A DNA stretch of 54,780 nucleotides from Nemertoderma westbladi (taxonomy: Eukaryota > Animalia > Xenacoelomorpha). Location of the stretch: positions 1-54,780 of the forward strand of contig JAUCBJ010004920.1 of NCBI GenBank assembly GCA_032718475.1, written 5' to 3'. Each line of letters begins with the position of its first letter. Position 1 is the first letter of the stretch. Below the pieces are notes generated by a model. It made no database searches. It had not been told where the DNA came from and was given only the letters and a program-made list of their open reading frames with translations. Both the position numbers and the translations under genes were made by a program. This document shows, piece after piece, positions 1 through 11,100 of this stretch.

Positions 1-1350
1 GTAGAAAATTCACCGCTCGCTATACGCATCGTAATGGTACGTATATGGACTTCTTAACTACTGGTCATCCTATCGACCTACACGATACGAACGATATAGA
101 CACCAAAGGGAAATGGTTTATTTAAATATCATACCCAGCGGAAGCGGAACGATAAACTGAGACTCGAACACGAAAATTCTATTCGAAACCGACTCGAAAG
201 TGCAGATGTCGAAGAGCCGGATAAACGCAGCGACTCCACCAAATACCTGGAATTCTTGAGAGAAACCTATCTCGATATTACCAGTCAACAGAATCTAGAA
301 ACTCTATATCCTCAAGGTATACATCATGACCGCATGGTAGAACTCAAACGGTTCTATTCCACTATGATGTATCTTACCGCCGATCGATCGCTACCTGTTG
401 TACCGGATAGCTTCGAACGGATGGAGGAATATTGTAAGCTGGAGAAAGATCACTCGCGTTTCCCCTACAAGACGTGCGTTTTTGGTATTATTGCGATGAA
501 TGCCCAAGACCCAACCAACAAACGGAAAGACATAAACATCCGCGGAGACATTGCTTTAAACACGGTTTTACTCGCTATACTTACGGGAGTTTCGAGCGAA
601 ACTTGTTCGATGTATCACCTACGCTTGTTCGACTCAGACGATCCTTAAATAAACCAATGATCAGAGTTTCGGAATACTCGATCAGAACTCCTCATTCCCT
701 AGTGAGACTTCAGACTCTTGATCCTATTAGTATGACGGATCCTCCCGAGCTGTACTCACTGCTCAAAGATCTAGTGTTACCTGAACAATTAGTCGGTGGC
801 ACCCCAGTTGTGGGCTTCCTAGATATTAGCCCATTCTACCTAACCGGATTGGGACGCGGACATTTAATATCGCCGTTTAACCCTTACCATCGTCCCGGCT
901 TAACACGATATAACCTGTCACCAAAGTGGCGGAGAACGTTGTACCAAACGAGTTAAACGCTATTCTACAAAGATCAGAAAGGAAACCTGCGTTTGTTCAG
1001 ATAAACGTAAGTTGCACTAGCAAGTCCAAGCGGTACACAAAGTAAATTTATATCAGTTCAATCGGGAAATCCAGAATATCTAAGAAGTTATCGAACTTGG
1101 ACAACCCTATTCTCTACGAGAGTTTTTGGATGAACGTATCCAGCTACGAGTGGAGGAAAATCAGCTCGAGGAGAAGCATATCGAAACTGCGGACACCCCG
1201 ACCATAATCCTACACCTTCTGATGCAATCATATTGCACCCTTCACCCAGGATTTATAACCCTCCTAGTAAAGTGGCTCGCCCTAAAGAGAAAAGGACTCT
1301 TGCTAGCCTCAAAAAACTGTGTAAACGCCGTCTGCGTAAGAAAGACTAAC
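1..1350 (+). pseudogene. Frameshifted ORF remnant of unknown function, directly upstream of a putative PPT/LTR (possible 3' accessory ORF of an LTR element)
   Basis: Successive open frames (256-648, ~650-956, and a basic tail ...KKLCKRRLRKKD* ending ~1349) with no integrase or RT motifs; followed by GGGAGCGG and TGTAA at 1428. Confidence 0.4.
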
Positions 1351-1427
1351 TGTTTAGAGTATCTTTATATTTTAGAAACTGTGATTTGTTATATTTTATA
1401 GACTTAAATCCCATTTTCTGGGAGCGG

Positions 1428-2054
1428 TGTAAAAGCTTTTGCGTAATTAGCCGGTTATTTTCCCCGTAAAGTACTCTGTGGTTGGTTTACCAGGCATAAA
1501 AAGGCCGTGTCCTTGCTGTACTGGTGTTTTAGAGGACATAAAAGTCATTTCTTCTGTATTTGTACTTTAGAGGACATAATCCGCAATCTCGCGACGCAAT
1601 AAGCTAGATCCTCTTGAAAACAGTGTCGCTACCATGACGACGGCTAACAGCTGATATTGCCACGTCGACATTTCTTTGTTTCTTTGTTCTCTCGTTGCTC
1701 GGTCGACCAATCAGAGCGTTTTTTGACTCTGTGTTGGAGTTGGATACAGAAACTCAGTAATTCAGTGTTATGTTTTTGCCCAGAGCCTAAGAACACCGGC
1801 TTTTGGCACCTCCGTGTTTCAGTCTTTAGTCTTACATTAGTAGGCTTAATTATAGAACGTATATCTGTTATCGAGTTACCTTATCAATGCAATTCAATGC
1901 TTACTAAACATATCATGCATATCTTACTTAACATTACTGCTTTTGCTGTCGGTTATTCATTATATTTGTTGATGGAAGATTATATTTGGAATACTGATCA
2001 ATAGTCAGACACCCAACCTTCTTGATATACTAAAGGTTAGAGAGGACTGTTACA
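1428..2054 (+). mobile_element. Putative 3' LTR of an LTR retrotransposon
   Basis: Purine-rich GGGAGCGG directly before TGTAAAAG; ends CTGTTACA (7/8 terminal inverted repeat); partner LTR not in the window. Confidence 0.5.
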
Positions 2055-3278
2055 GATAAACGATTGCGACCTATGTTAAGTGGTTTGAAGTGAATCTAAT
2101 GCTATTTTATAGGCCCTACATGTATTGTCTGTTATTCTCTTTGTATGTGACTAAAATTAGTGAAGGTCGGCAGATTGGTGTGCAGCATTGTGCAGCATTG
2201 TGTATGATTGTGACTGATAACAAAGCATCTCCTAAAGAATGCGCCATATACGTGAATCCATAGCCATCTCATTGCGTCTGGTTTAAGTCATAACTCTGTT
2301 TACATATTTAGAGCGCCACGTCCTAAAGGAACTGTTAATATTTCCCGAAAGTTAATAATATTTGTCAGAGATTATATATTACGATCAGTCGAATAATACA
2401 GTAGGCTTACACCATCAATCATTAAGCTTCCGAATTCAGTCTCCCGGGTATATCCAGCGGGTGAATGATTGCGCATAGACTGGCTTCGGCTAATGTAGTG
2501 TATCAAATACTCGTCATAGGCTAAAGACTACATATCATCTAAAAGACATCCTAATTTGGCAGGTTAAACTGTCAAAGGTCTTAAAAGCGCAAACAAAGCA
2601 CGCCTTAATTAATGCCAGTGTGGTTGAAATTATATATTTTTCGTGCATCACTAATTTCAGCAGTATTTTACGGCTGTGAAACTTGGATTGGGAGTTCACC
2701 TATTAAGTTGACCACAATGTATGATAATACTGCTCTGCGCAGCACATGGTGTAAGACGACAGACGTGTAGTGAAATTTTACACATTGAGTCTGGGTTTCC
2801 AGACGCTGACACATTTATAAGGTATCGACAACGCAGTTTCCTTGTAACCATTTCGACAAGCCGTGATCGGCACGTTCCTCTCATGTTTGTACTCGACCTC
2901 GGTGGGGAAGCCTGCACTCCTAATGGCCAGAAAAATTGACGAGCTCCTGTCTTTGCCCGAATCTCCACTAGTGTCAAGCTGCTCTGCCACAAAGGCCCGT
3001 ATCATGGCTAGTACCAGAACTAGAACTGAAGATTGGACGTTGGTCCCGCAGTGATTACAAGTCTCGCATTTGTGGTTGCGGTTGCCCACAATCCGAGAGA
3101 CACATTGTCGAAAGTTGTACTGCATTAGCGGGAGCCAGAAAGACGCACCCAAATGTCAGACTCCTTACGGACGTTGACAGTTGACGTTTTTACATTGTGT
3201 GTGCCTTATCGCTGCTCGAGTAGTAATTATTAATTTATTTAGCCGGAAAATTAAGTTATTTACGTACGTCATTTAGAT

Positions 3279-3800
3279 GCATATTTATTTATTTACATAT
3301 TTATTTATTTACATATTTATTTATTTACATATTTATTTATTTACATATTTATTTATTTACATATTTATTTATTTACATATTTACATATTTATTTACATAT
3401 TTACATATTTATTTACATATTTACATATTTATTTATTTACATATTTATTTATTTACATATTTATTTATTTACATATTTATTTATTTACATATTTATTTAT
3501 TTACATATTTATTTATTTACATATTTATTTATTTACATATTTACATATTTATTTATTTACATATTTATTTATTTATATATTTATTTATTTACATATTTAT
3601 TTATTTACATATTTATTTATTTACATATTTATTTATTTACATATTTATTTATTTGCATATTTACATATTTATTTATTTACATATTTATTTATTTACATAT
3701 TTATTTATTTACATATTTACATATTTATTTATTTACATATTTATTTATTTACATATTTATTTATTTACATATTTACATATTTATTTATTTACATAATTAT
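3279..3800. repeat. AT-rich compound micro/minisatellite (ATTTATTTATTTACAT / ATTTACAT)n
   Basis: Direct inspection; ORF 3277-3807 is a translation artefact. Confidence 0.95.
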
Positions 3801-3805
3801 TTATT

Positions 3806-4870
3806 AAGCTACTCCTTCCTACGACACATCCCGGGCCGGAACTCGGTCCCTCAGCCGAGCCGGGCAATCATCGGGGTTGAACCCTTCTCCCTGGTAGATC
3901 ACCTCGCTTGTCTTCAGGGGGCTCGCAAAGTGGGGCGAACACTACAGCTTGCACGGGAGGACTCCGGGTTCAAGGAGGCGATCGAAGACATGTCACAGAC
4001 CCGACGACGCACAGTACAACGAGCTGTTGACTACCGTACCAGCGGCTGGATTTCCTGTCTCCCCCATGCAGAGCATCACCTCGACCTTTCTCCTCGTGAG
4101 TTCCGGGATGCGGTGGCCATCCGCTATGGTCGGCCCCTCGCCTCGGTTCCGAGCCGGTGCGATGGGTGCGGGGCCCCCTTCGATCTTAACCACGGGTTAA
4201 ATTGCAAGAAAGGAGGTCTCGTCATCCAGCGCCACAATGAGCTACGGGACGTTGTGGGCGACCTGGCGGCGGCGGCGTTCGGGCCCCGCAATGTTACTTG
4301 CGAGCCGGTCGTTCGGGAGCAGCAGGGGGTCGACGGAGCTTCTGGTCTTCGGTGTGACGTGGGCATTCGGGGGGCGTTCAACCCGCAGACCCAGGCGTTG
4401 ATCGACATCAGGTTGGTTAACCTTGACGCCGGGTCTTATGCGGGGCGCTCCCCGATGTCAGTCCTCGAGTCAGCCGAAGACGAGAAGAAGCGGCTCTACT
4501 CCGACGCAGTCTGGGCGCGGCGTGGCGACTTCTCGCCATACGTTGCCTCCTGCGACGGAGTGTTGGCCCCCCAAGCGGACAAGCTCCTCAGGACCATTGC
4601 CCAGAAGCTCCACCGGACGTGGGGGAGACCCTACAGCATGGTGATGGGGTGGGTCCGTACCCGGGTCCAGCTGGCTATCGTACGCGGGGCTTCCCATTGC
4701 CTTAGAGGGTCGCGGACGAAATGGCGTAGCGGGCTCGGGCTGGACGACGGCGCTGGGATACCAGGTGGCTTTGTGTGACAGGTGGTGTTGGTGCTAGTAT
4801 TTTGCTAATTGATTAACAAACGTTGTGCTAAAACATTTTGCTGTGTGGTATTGTATGTAATAAATCTATC
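3806..4870 (+). mobile_element. 5'-truncated CRE-like non-LTR retrotransposon (restriction-like endonuclease clade)
   Basis: GC-rich block containing the C-terminal ORF and a short AT-rich 3' UTR. Confidence 0.8.
3930..4778 (+). CDS. C-terminal zinc knuckle plus restriction-like (PD-(D/E)xK) endonuclease of a CRE-type element
   Basis: FRDAVAIRYG, CDGCG..F..NHGLNC, GG..IQRHNELRD, LRCDV, ALIDIRLVN, AEDEKKRLY, FSPYV.SCDG, WVRTRVQLA motifs. Confidence 0.85.
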   Translation: MGRTLQLAREDSGFKEAIEDMSQTRRRTVQRAVDYRTSGWISCLPHAEHHLDLSPREFRDAVAIRYGRPLASVPSRCDGCGAPFDLNHGLNCKKGGLVIQRHNELRDVVGDLAAAAFGPRNVTCEPVVREQQGVDGASGLRCDVGIRGAFNPQTQALIDIRLVNLDAGSYAGRSPMSVLESAEDEKKRLYSDAVWARRGDFSPYVASCDGVLAPQADKLLRTIAQKLHRTWGRPYSMVMGWVRTRVQLAIVRGASHCLRGSRTKWRSGLGLDDGAGIPGGFV

Positions 4871-5963
4871 GTGCATTTATTAGTTTACAGAAATTATTAA
4901 TAATAAATTCTGATTTATCAGTTTATTAGCGTCGTCATACCTATGATGGTTATGAGTGTTATATCTATATATTTTTAGCAATTGTCAATGTGTGCGATGG
5001 ACAGAGTATTTGTGGTGAGCATATCTTTGTTATTTTGATAGAAATTGTTTATTCTTTTGTGCTCTCTTTATTTATCATTTATATTCTAAAACTTTTGTCA
5101 ATAAATAATATAAATATATATAGGCCTAGGCCTAATAATCAGTAAATAAAAGCAAGGCCATCGTAATACCATCGTAATCTTAATAATGTATTATGATGGT
5201 CTTGATGCATGCATGGCCTTGCCTTGATGAAAGTTTATATCTTGGAACACTGGAACTGGAACTACTGTCAGACTGTAGACCTGAATTCCCAAGATTTAAA
5301 ACTGAAAGTATAATTTATAAATTGGAAATGATATACAAATGATACAATTCGTCTTTTTAGGTTTCGTACTATACTATTTCATTTTTTAAATAAATAAATG
5401 AAATTCGCTTTATTGTGTTGCTATAGACGACCAGATAGTATAGATACGACCCGCCAAGCCGCTGCAAAACTCCTAAATTTAGTGGGCCAGTTATTTATCT
5501 TAGATATAAACCCTGAAACAATACTGTAGGTCTAGCGGGTCGAAAGTACTTGACCATAACTAAAATAATTATGGCTCCCTTTCAGACGAGGCAAATTAAA
5601 ATTGAATAGCTCCAATAGTTTTGAGATATGAGGAGTTCCTGGAACCCATTTCAGCACCTTTCGGAATTGAAAAAAAAACTCACTCTAAATACACACACAC
5701 CCCTTTAAAGACTTATGGTAGAACCAACCATATTATTATTGTTACTATACAGTGTAGTTTACGCCAATTAAACCAACTTTATATTAGTTCCATGGTAGTT
5801 AGTTAGTAGTGATTCAGGGAGCTACGATGCAATAATAACAGATGTCCACCGCCCGCCCAGAGCCAATAATTCAATATTACCCCCAAATTTTCTCATTTAC
5901 ACAGATAGTGGCCGCAAGTGAAAATAGTGATCTTTAGCAAGGGCAATAAAGTCTTGTTCATTG

Positions 5964-6115
5964 TTTTGGTTTGAAAACACCGCCACTGTAACCTGCTCGT
6001 TCCCCTTAATATTTTAGATCAACTTTTTAAACTCATTTTAATTTAGGTTTAAGAAATTAATTTAAAAAATTAAGGTAAGGAGCAGGTTACAATGGCGGTG
6101 TTTTCTAACAAAACC
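5964..6115. repeat. ~45-bp inverted repeat pair with TTAA on the inner sides (DNA-transposon-like termini)
   Basis: AAAACACCGCCACTGTAACCTGCTC..CCTTAA versus TTAAGGTAAGGAGCAGGTTACAATGGCGGTGTTTT. Confidence 0.6.
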
Positions 6116-6390
6116 AGCAAACAAAACATAATTTAATATCATATCATATTTATCATTTGCTAATTTATAAGAAATTATACTATATTTACAGTAGTTTATT
6201 AATTTTAATCAAGACACTAAATATGGAATGCTGCATGTATCATACAGTATTTGGTACATATGTACTGTTGAAAAGCGCACGAGCAGGTAGAGAGTACAGT
6301 CAGACGACTGAACCAAAGAACAGTTAGAGTAACATACTGTACAGTATCGTTATCTGTATCGTTATTTATTATGTACTACTATACATACAA

Positions 6391-7791
6391 TGTTCGCGGT
6401 ATTTCAACTTTTCTTAACGCGAGTTGAATATTTTTTGGATTTATTTGAAATGAATATTCCAATATCAATACTGGGTGCGGGAACATGGAATTCGGGCACA
6501 TTCAATAGACTGGGGGCGATTTACGGGCGAATATTGGGGCGACTTACGGGGTACGGGACTCATGTCAGATATTTAAGGGCCAGGGGTGGGAGGCAAAGTT
6601 AAGCAGTACAAAGGTTTGTCTGAATACTATTAGGGCTAGCCAACTTCCTGCTGCCTGTAGAGGTGGATTTGGTAACTCGCTAGGCCTAGGAACAAGGACT
6701 GCCCTTAGCTGTCCCTGGCCAACAGTAGTTATTGCGAGCCTGAATAAGGACTTGGAAAGTCTGCTGCTTGTGTCAGGGATTTGCGACGGGAACTGACAGA
6801 CAGATCCTTAGTGGTCCCTGGTTGCTGGCAGTTATTACGAGCCTGAATAAGGACTTGGAAAGCTTGGCGACATATGCCAGGGACTTGCGATGGGTTGACT
6901 GACTAACGGAGGAAGGGTTTGATGAGGACTGCCTTCCTGGAGTGGGTTCCATGACTGGTGTTAGTACAAGCCTGAATAAGGACTCGGAAAACCACCAACC
7001 GTTGGGACTCACGATGGGCTGACAGACCCCTTGCCAAGCTGTACCACTTTCCTGATGACCGATCCCTTCGGGGTTTGGGAAGGGTGGGATGGACATGCAA
7101 CGGGGTCGGAAGACAAAGGACAGGACTCTACTGGCCTACCGACTGTTCGGAGCAGCTCCTCGGCTACCGAAGCGACTATGAGCCTGAAAAGGATTCGGAA
7201 AGCTTAGGTGGTTGGGTCCCTGTGATGAACCGACGGACCCCTAGCCAAGCCATACCACTTTCCTGATGACCGATCCCTTCGGGGTTCGGGAAGGGTGGGA
7301 TGGACATGCAAACGGGTCCACCGACTTGACCGACCCTTAGCCAAGCCGTACCGCTTTCCTGATGACCGATCCCTCTGGGGTTCGGGAAGGGTGGGACGGA
7401 CACGCAACAGGGTCGACCGACACCGACACTACGGTACTGAGACTAGGACCGAGGGAAAATGGGGAACGTTAGTTAGGTTAAAATCTAAAGCAAACAGTGG
7501 GTAATTAAATAATGTACTGTAGGGATTTATATTGTCATATATTATTGTGAATATTTGGAGTATATTGGTTTGGGGAAGCCCAACTTATTCTCAATCAAGA
7601 TTCAACCGTAGGGAAGTTACATTAAAGATTATATCCAACCAATGCAACTTTTTCTCAACCGCGATCTTGCATTTAAGAAAGTATTCCTTCTCCACTCCCA
7701 ATATCCGGTGACTGGCTGGAATTCCGTGGTCTAAAAGTTCCACCTCCAGCATCGGCGTTTTTCCCCCATGGTGTCGGGAATAACGGCAACA
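6391..7791 (+). repeat. 5' LTR (1401 bp)
   Basis: TGTTCGCGG...GGCAACA, colinear with 18846-20342. Confidence 0.95.
7561..7626 (+). promoter_or_regulatory. Predicted LTR core promoter and R region: TATATT (7561), Inr-like CTTATTC (7584-7590), ATTAAA polyA signal (7621)
   Basis: TATA-like box ~26 nt upstream of the Inr-like A at 7587; all three motifs are conserved in the 3' LTR. Confidence 0.5.
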
Positions 7792-7793
7792 AA

Positions 7794-7805
7794 ATTGAGA
7801 ATAAG
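7794..7805 (+). other. Atypical primer-binding site, complementary to LTR 7584-7595 (self-priming type)
   Basis: ATTGAGAATAAG begins after 2 nt past the LTR end; its reverse complement CTTATTCTCAAT lies at 7584-7595; no TGG at this position. Confidence 0.7.
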
Positions 7806-7998
7806 ACGCGGCCAACTTCAACTGGTGGAAGTTGGGAATTCTACAGTACTATTCAAACTCTCTCCATGCTTAACCAGCACCCACTATGAGGAAACTCTGG
7901 TATTTGATTTAAGACAAAGCCGTGGTTCAATCAATCTACAAACTCGAACTAAAACACTCGTAGTCGGCAGATCATAAATAGAGAGTCGTTAACAGGGA

Positions 7999-8190
7999 AT
8001 GGAAGTATCGATCACACCTATTGATATAATCCAAGTTGAGCCAGGAATCTGGCACGTCGAAGTTGAAGTACAAGGAACGAACGTTGGACGATTCAGGATT
8101 ACCGTTCGGGTAGTCTCGGCTGAATACAAGACATACAAAGAACTATTTTACGATATCGCATATCTAGCAATCAACGAAGCGCTAGAATGA
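7999..8190 (+). CDS. 63-aa upstream ORF whose stop overlaps the gag start (ATGA)
   Basis: Intact ATG-initiated ORF with amphipathic beta-strand and helix pattern; TGA 8188-8190 overlaps ATG 8187-8189. Confidence 0.5.
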   Translation: MEVSITPIDIIQVEPGIWHVEVEVQGTNVGRFRITVRVVSAEYKTYKELFYDIAYLAINEALE

Positions 8191-11100
8191 CGACGAATAA
8201 CGTCTCCGATACTGATGAAATGGACCCCCACACAGACTTGGAAACCGAAGAGTTACCGAATGTGAAAAACATGGCCCATTGACTGGGAGCTCTCAAAGGC
8301 GGAGTGACTCGAGCATACCACCGCATCGAGAAACAACTTAAGGGAGCCGAGACCCCCCTCAGCGATATACAGACTCAATTACAGAATATCCAAAGTATCT
8401 TACAACGATATGAAAGGATGATACAAGCATCTCAGGAACTCATTCCCACACCCGATCTGGGAAACTACCCCAGACTCGAAGAACACATCGCACATTTGGA
8501 CGAGTTCCGCAAGCAACATCAGAGGACCCTCAGCCTCGTAAGAGGCTACGAGGAACAGTATTATAAACAAACTGAAAGGGCGGATGCAGAATCGGTACGG
8601 ACCTCCAGAACCAGGACCGTGGTTCAGCGAAAAAGAACTGGGTCCTCGAGGCACCAGCGCGCAGTTCTCAAGGGGGTCAACCACTCCGAGATCAGCTACG
8701 AGAACAGAGGGTATTGGCCCTTAAAGCTCGAATGGAAGACGAATATGTCCAACTGCAAATTCAACAGGATGCACTGGCGGAGGAAAGACATAAACAAGAG
8801 GCCGAAATAGAGGCCGAACGACAAAAGCAAGAGGCCGAAATAGAGGCCGAAAAACGTAAACAAGAGGCCAAAAGGAATAAACGAGAGGCTGAACAACGGG
8901 CCGAACTATGTAAACAACAGGCCGAATGGAATAAACAAGAGGCCGAACAACGGGCCGAACTATGTAAACGAGAGGCCGAACAACAGACCGAAATACGTAA
9001 ACAAGAGGCCGAAATGCGTAAACGGAACACCAAGGCCCAAGCGATTCTTATTCACAAGAAGAACGCGGATATTGCTAAACTCGCAGACTACGAAGCTGCA
9101 CTCATAGAACGGGACCTTCAACTATACAAGGACTGGGAAAGGGGTATAGAACAGGACTATGAACCAATTCTGGTCCCGGAGTTAGAAAAGTCATTTACAC
9201 CACCGGCTGCGGAACCCCCAAAACCTGAGTTTCCGCCAACCATACGGTCCGCGTTATCGGCACAAGCACCAGTATTCCACCCCCCACCAGCTATGCTTAA
9301 GAATGAGGAACCTTATTTCCCATCCAATCCCACGGCACCGAGCGTTCCCCAGTACGAGCCTGAAAAGGACTCGGAACAGGACGCCACCCCTCGATCCAAC
9401 AGTCCATTCACATCCACACCAAAAATCCATAACCGCATCATCATTAAAACTCCACCTCTCATCGATCTATCGTGCATGGGAGAGAGTGTTAGTAATTACA
9501 ATCCTCCTAGTCATTCCAGTTCAGACGACGTCGGCATCATCCGAGCCTTGGAAAACCGCCTGGCTATGCCCAAGATGGAGATCCGCACCTTCGAGGGAGA
9601 CCCCGTCGATTACCTCGGATTTAAGAAACGGTTCTTCGCTCAGATCGGGTCAACGGATATAACCGACGCACAAAAACTGCTGGTATATTTATCCCAATAC
9701 CTAGGCGACAAACCACGTCGAATCATTAAATGTTTGAAGGAGGATCTCACGAAGCGTACCACGACGCATGGAAAACTCTAGATAAAAGGTACGGAAACAT
9801 CGGAACTATAATTAATAAGACGCTCGAGAATCTGATACAGGACGCTGGATCCCTAGGGGATCCACAGAATATCCAAGAGTTCTCGGATTCTATGAAAGAT
9901 GCCTACTACACTTTAAAACCATTAAACAAGGAGGAACAAGTAAACAACATTTTAAACCTCCGACAGATTGCCCGAAAGTTCCCCGGATGGCTGCAAAGCA
10001 AATGGGCGTATAAATGCGTAGATCTACGACGCAGACACCCAGATCGGGATCCCAGTTTCCTCGAAATGTCGGCATTCCTAGATGATATCTCCAAAGCCAT
10101 GAATGACTCGATGTTCTCCAAACAAAGTCTCTCCAAATTAGACGGAGTAAAGAACAACTCTAGGAGCAGGCACCCACTCCGAAACCGAGATTCCGTCCCC
10201 CTGCGGTGAGTACGATGGCCATCACTATGGCCAAGGATTCCGACGATGAGGACTACGAGGAACCGACATCAGCCGAGGAATGGGCGTGTTATCTAGCGAA
10301 TTGGGCACCCGAAAGGGAAGGCACCACAACCTCCCTTCTATGTCTCTTCTTCAGAGAGAAACACAAGGTGGAATTCTGCAGAAAGTTCCAGTTTGCTGAA
10401 CTCGTTCCATGCTTCGAGGCGATAATGAAACACCGAGGATGCTTCCGGTGTCTCGGAACAGGTCACTATGTTCAGGATTGTGACCAAAGATCGTGCTGCA
10501 CGGTCTGTAATGACCTACGCCATCACACACTCCTCCACATCCCTGCGAACTTCGATTTTACTACCCTACCATTCCGGATTGAATCCAAACGGAGAGGAGA
10601 AACGAATCACGTCTCTAAGGGTACCCGGACGATTCAACGGAGGGAAACCAATCCGTTTAAGACCGCCACCGATGTATCACATGTGACAAATATCTCGGCT
10701 ACGATCAATCTTATAAACCGCCATTACATGGTCTTCGCCAAAGTGATCCCAGTAAGAATTCAATGGGTCGGGAAATCCTTAACAATGCTCGCATTCCTTG
10801 ACAACGGTTCGGACGGAACCATCATCGACCAGGATTTCCTCGAACAACTAGGCCTAGATTACGAACCTTGCAAGCGGCCCATACAAACTATCACCAACCA
10901 TAGAGAAGTAGAGTCCGGGGAGGTACAACTCAAGATAGAAGGGGTTATGAAGGGTTACGAGACAGTCAAACTGACGATCAAGAACGCTCTAGTACACACC
11001 GATCTCCGAGTGTGGTTCCGACAATCATCTGAATACGCACCCCTCATACAGCTAGACCGGGAAGATGTAGATCTACAATGCCCGCCGTTGGACGTGAACC

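Noticed and set aside
7050-7391. Hammerhead ribozyme in the LTR repeat (CTGATGA...GAA)
   Set aside because: The core ends GAAG rather than GAAA and no stem I can form; a kink-turn explains the same nucleotides fully
7823-7840. TGGTGGA as a tRNA-Ala-type PBS
   Set aside because: It lies 31 nt from the LTR end, matches only ~7 nt and forms part of a local hairpin
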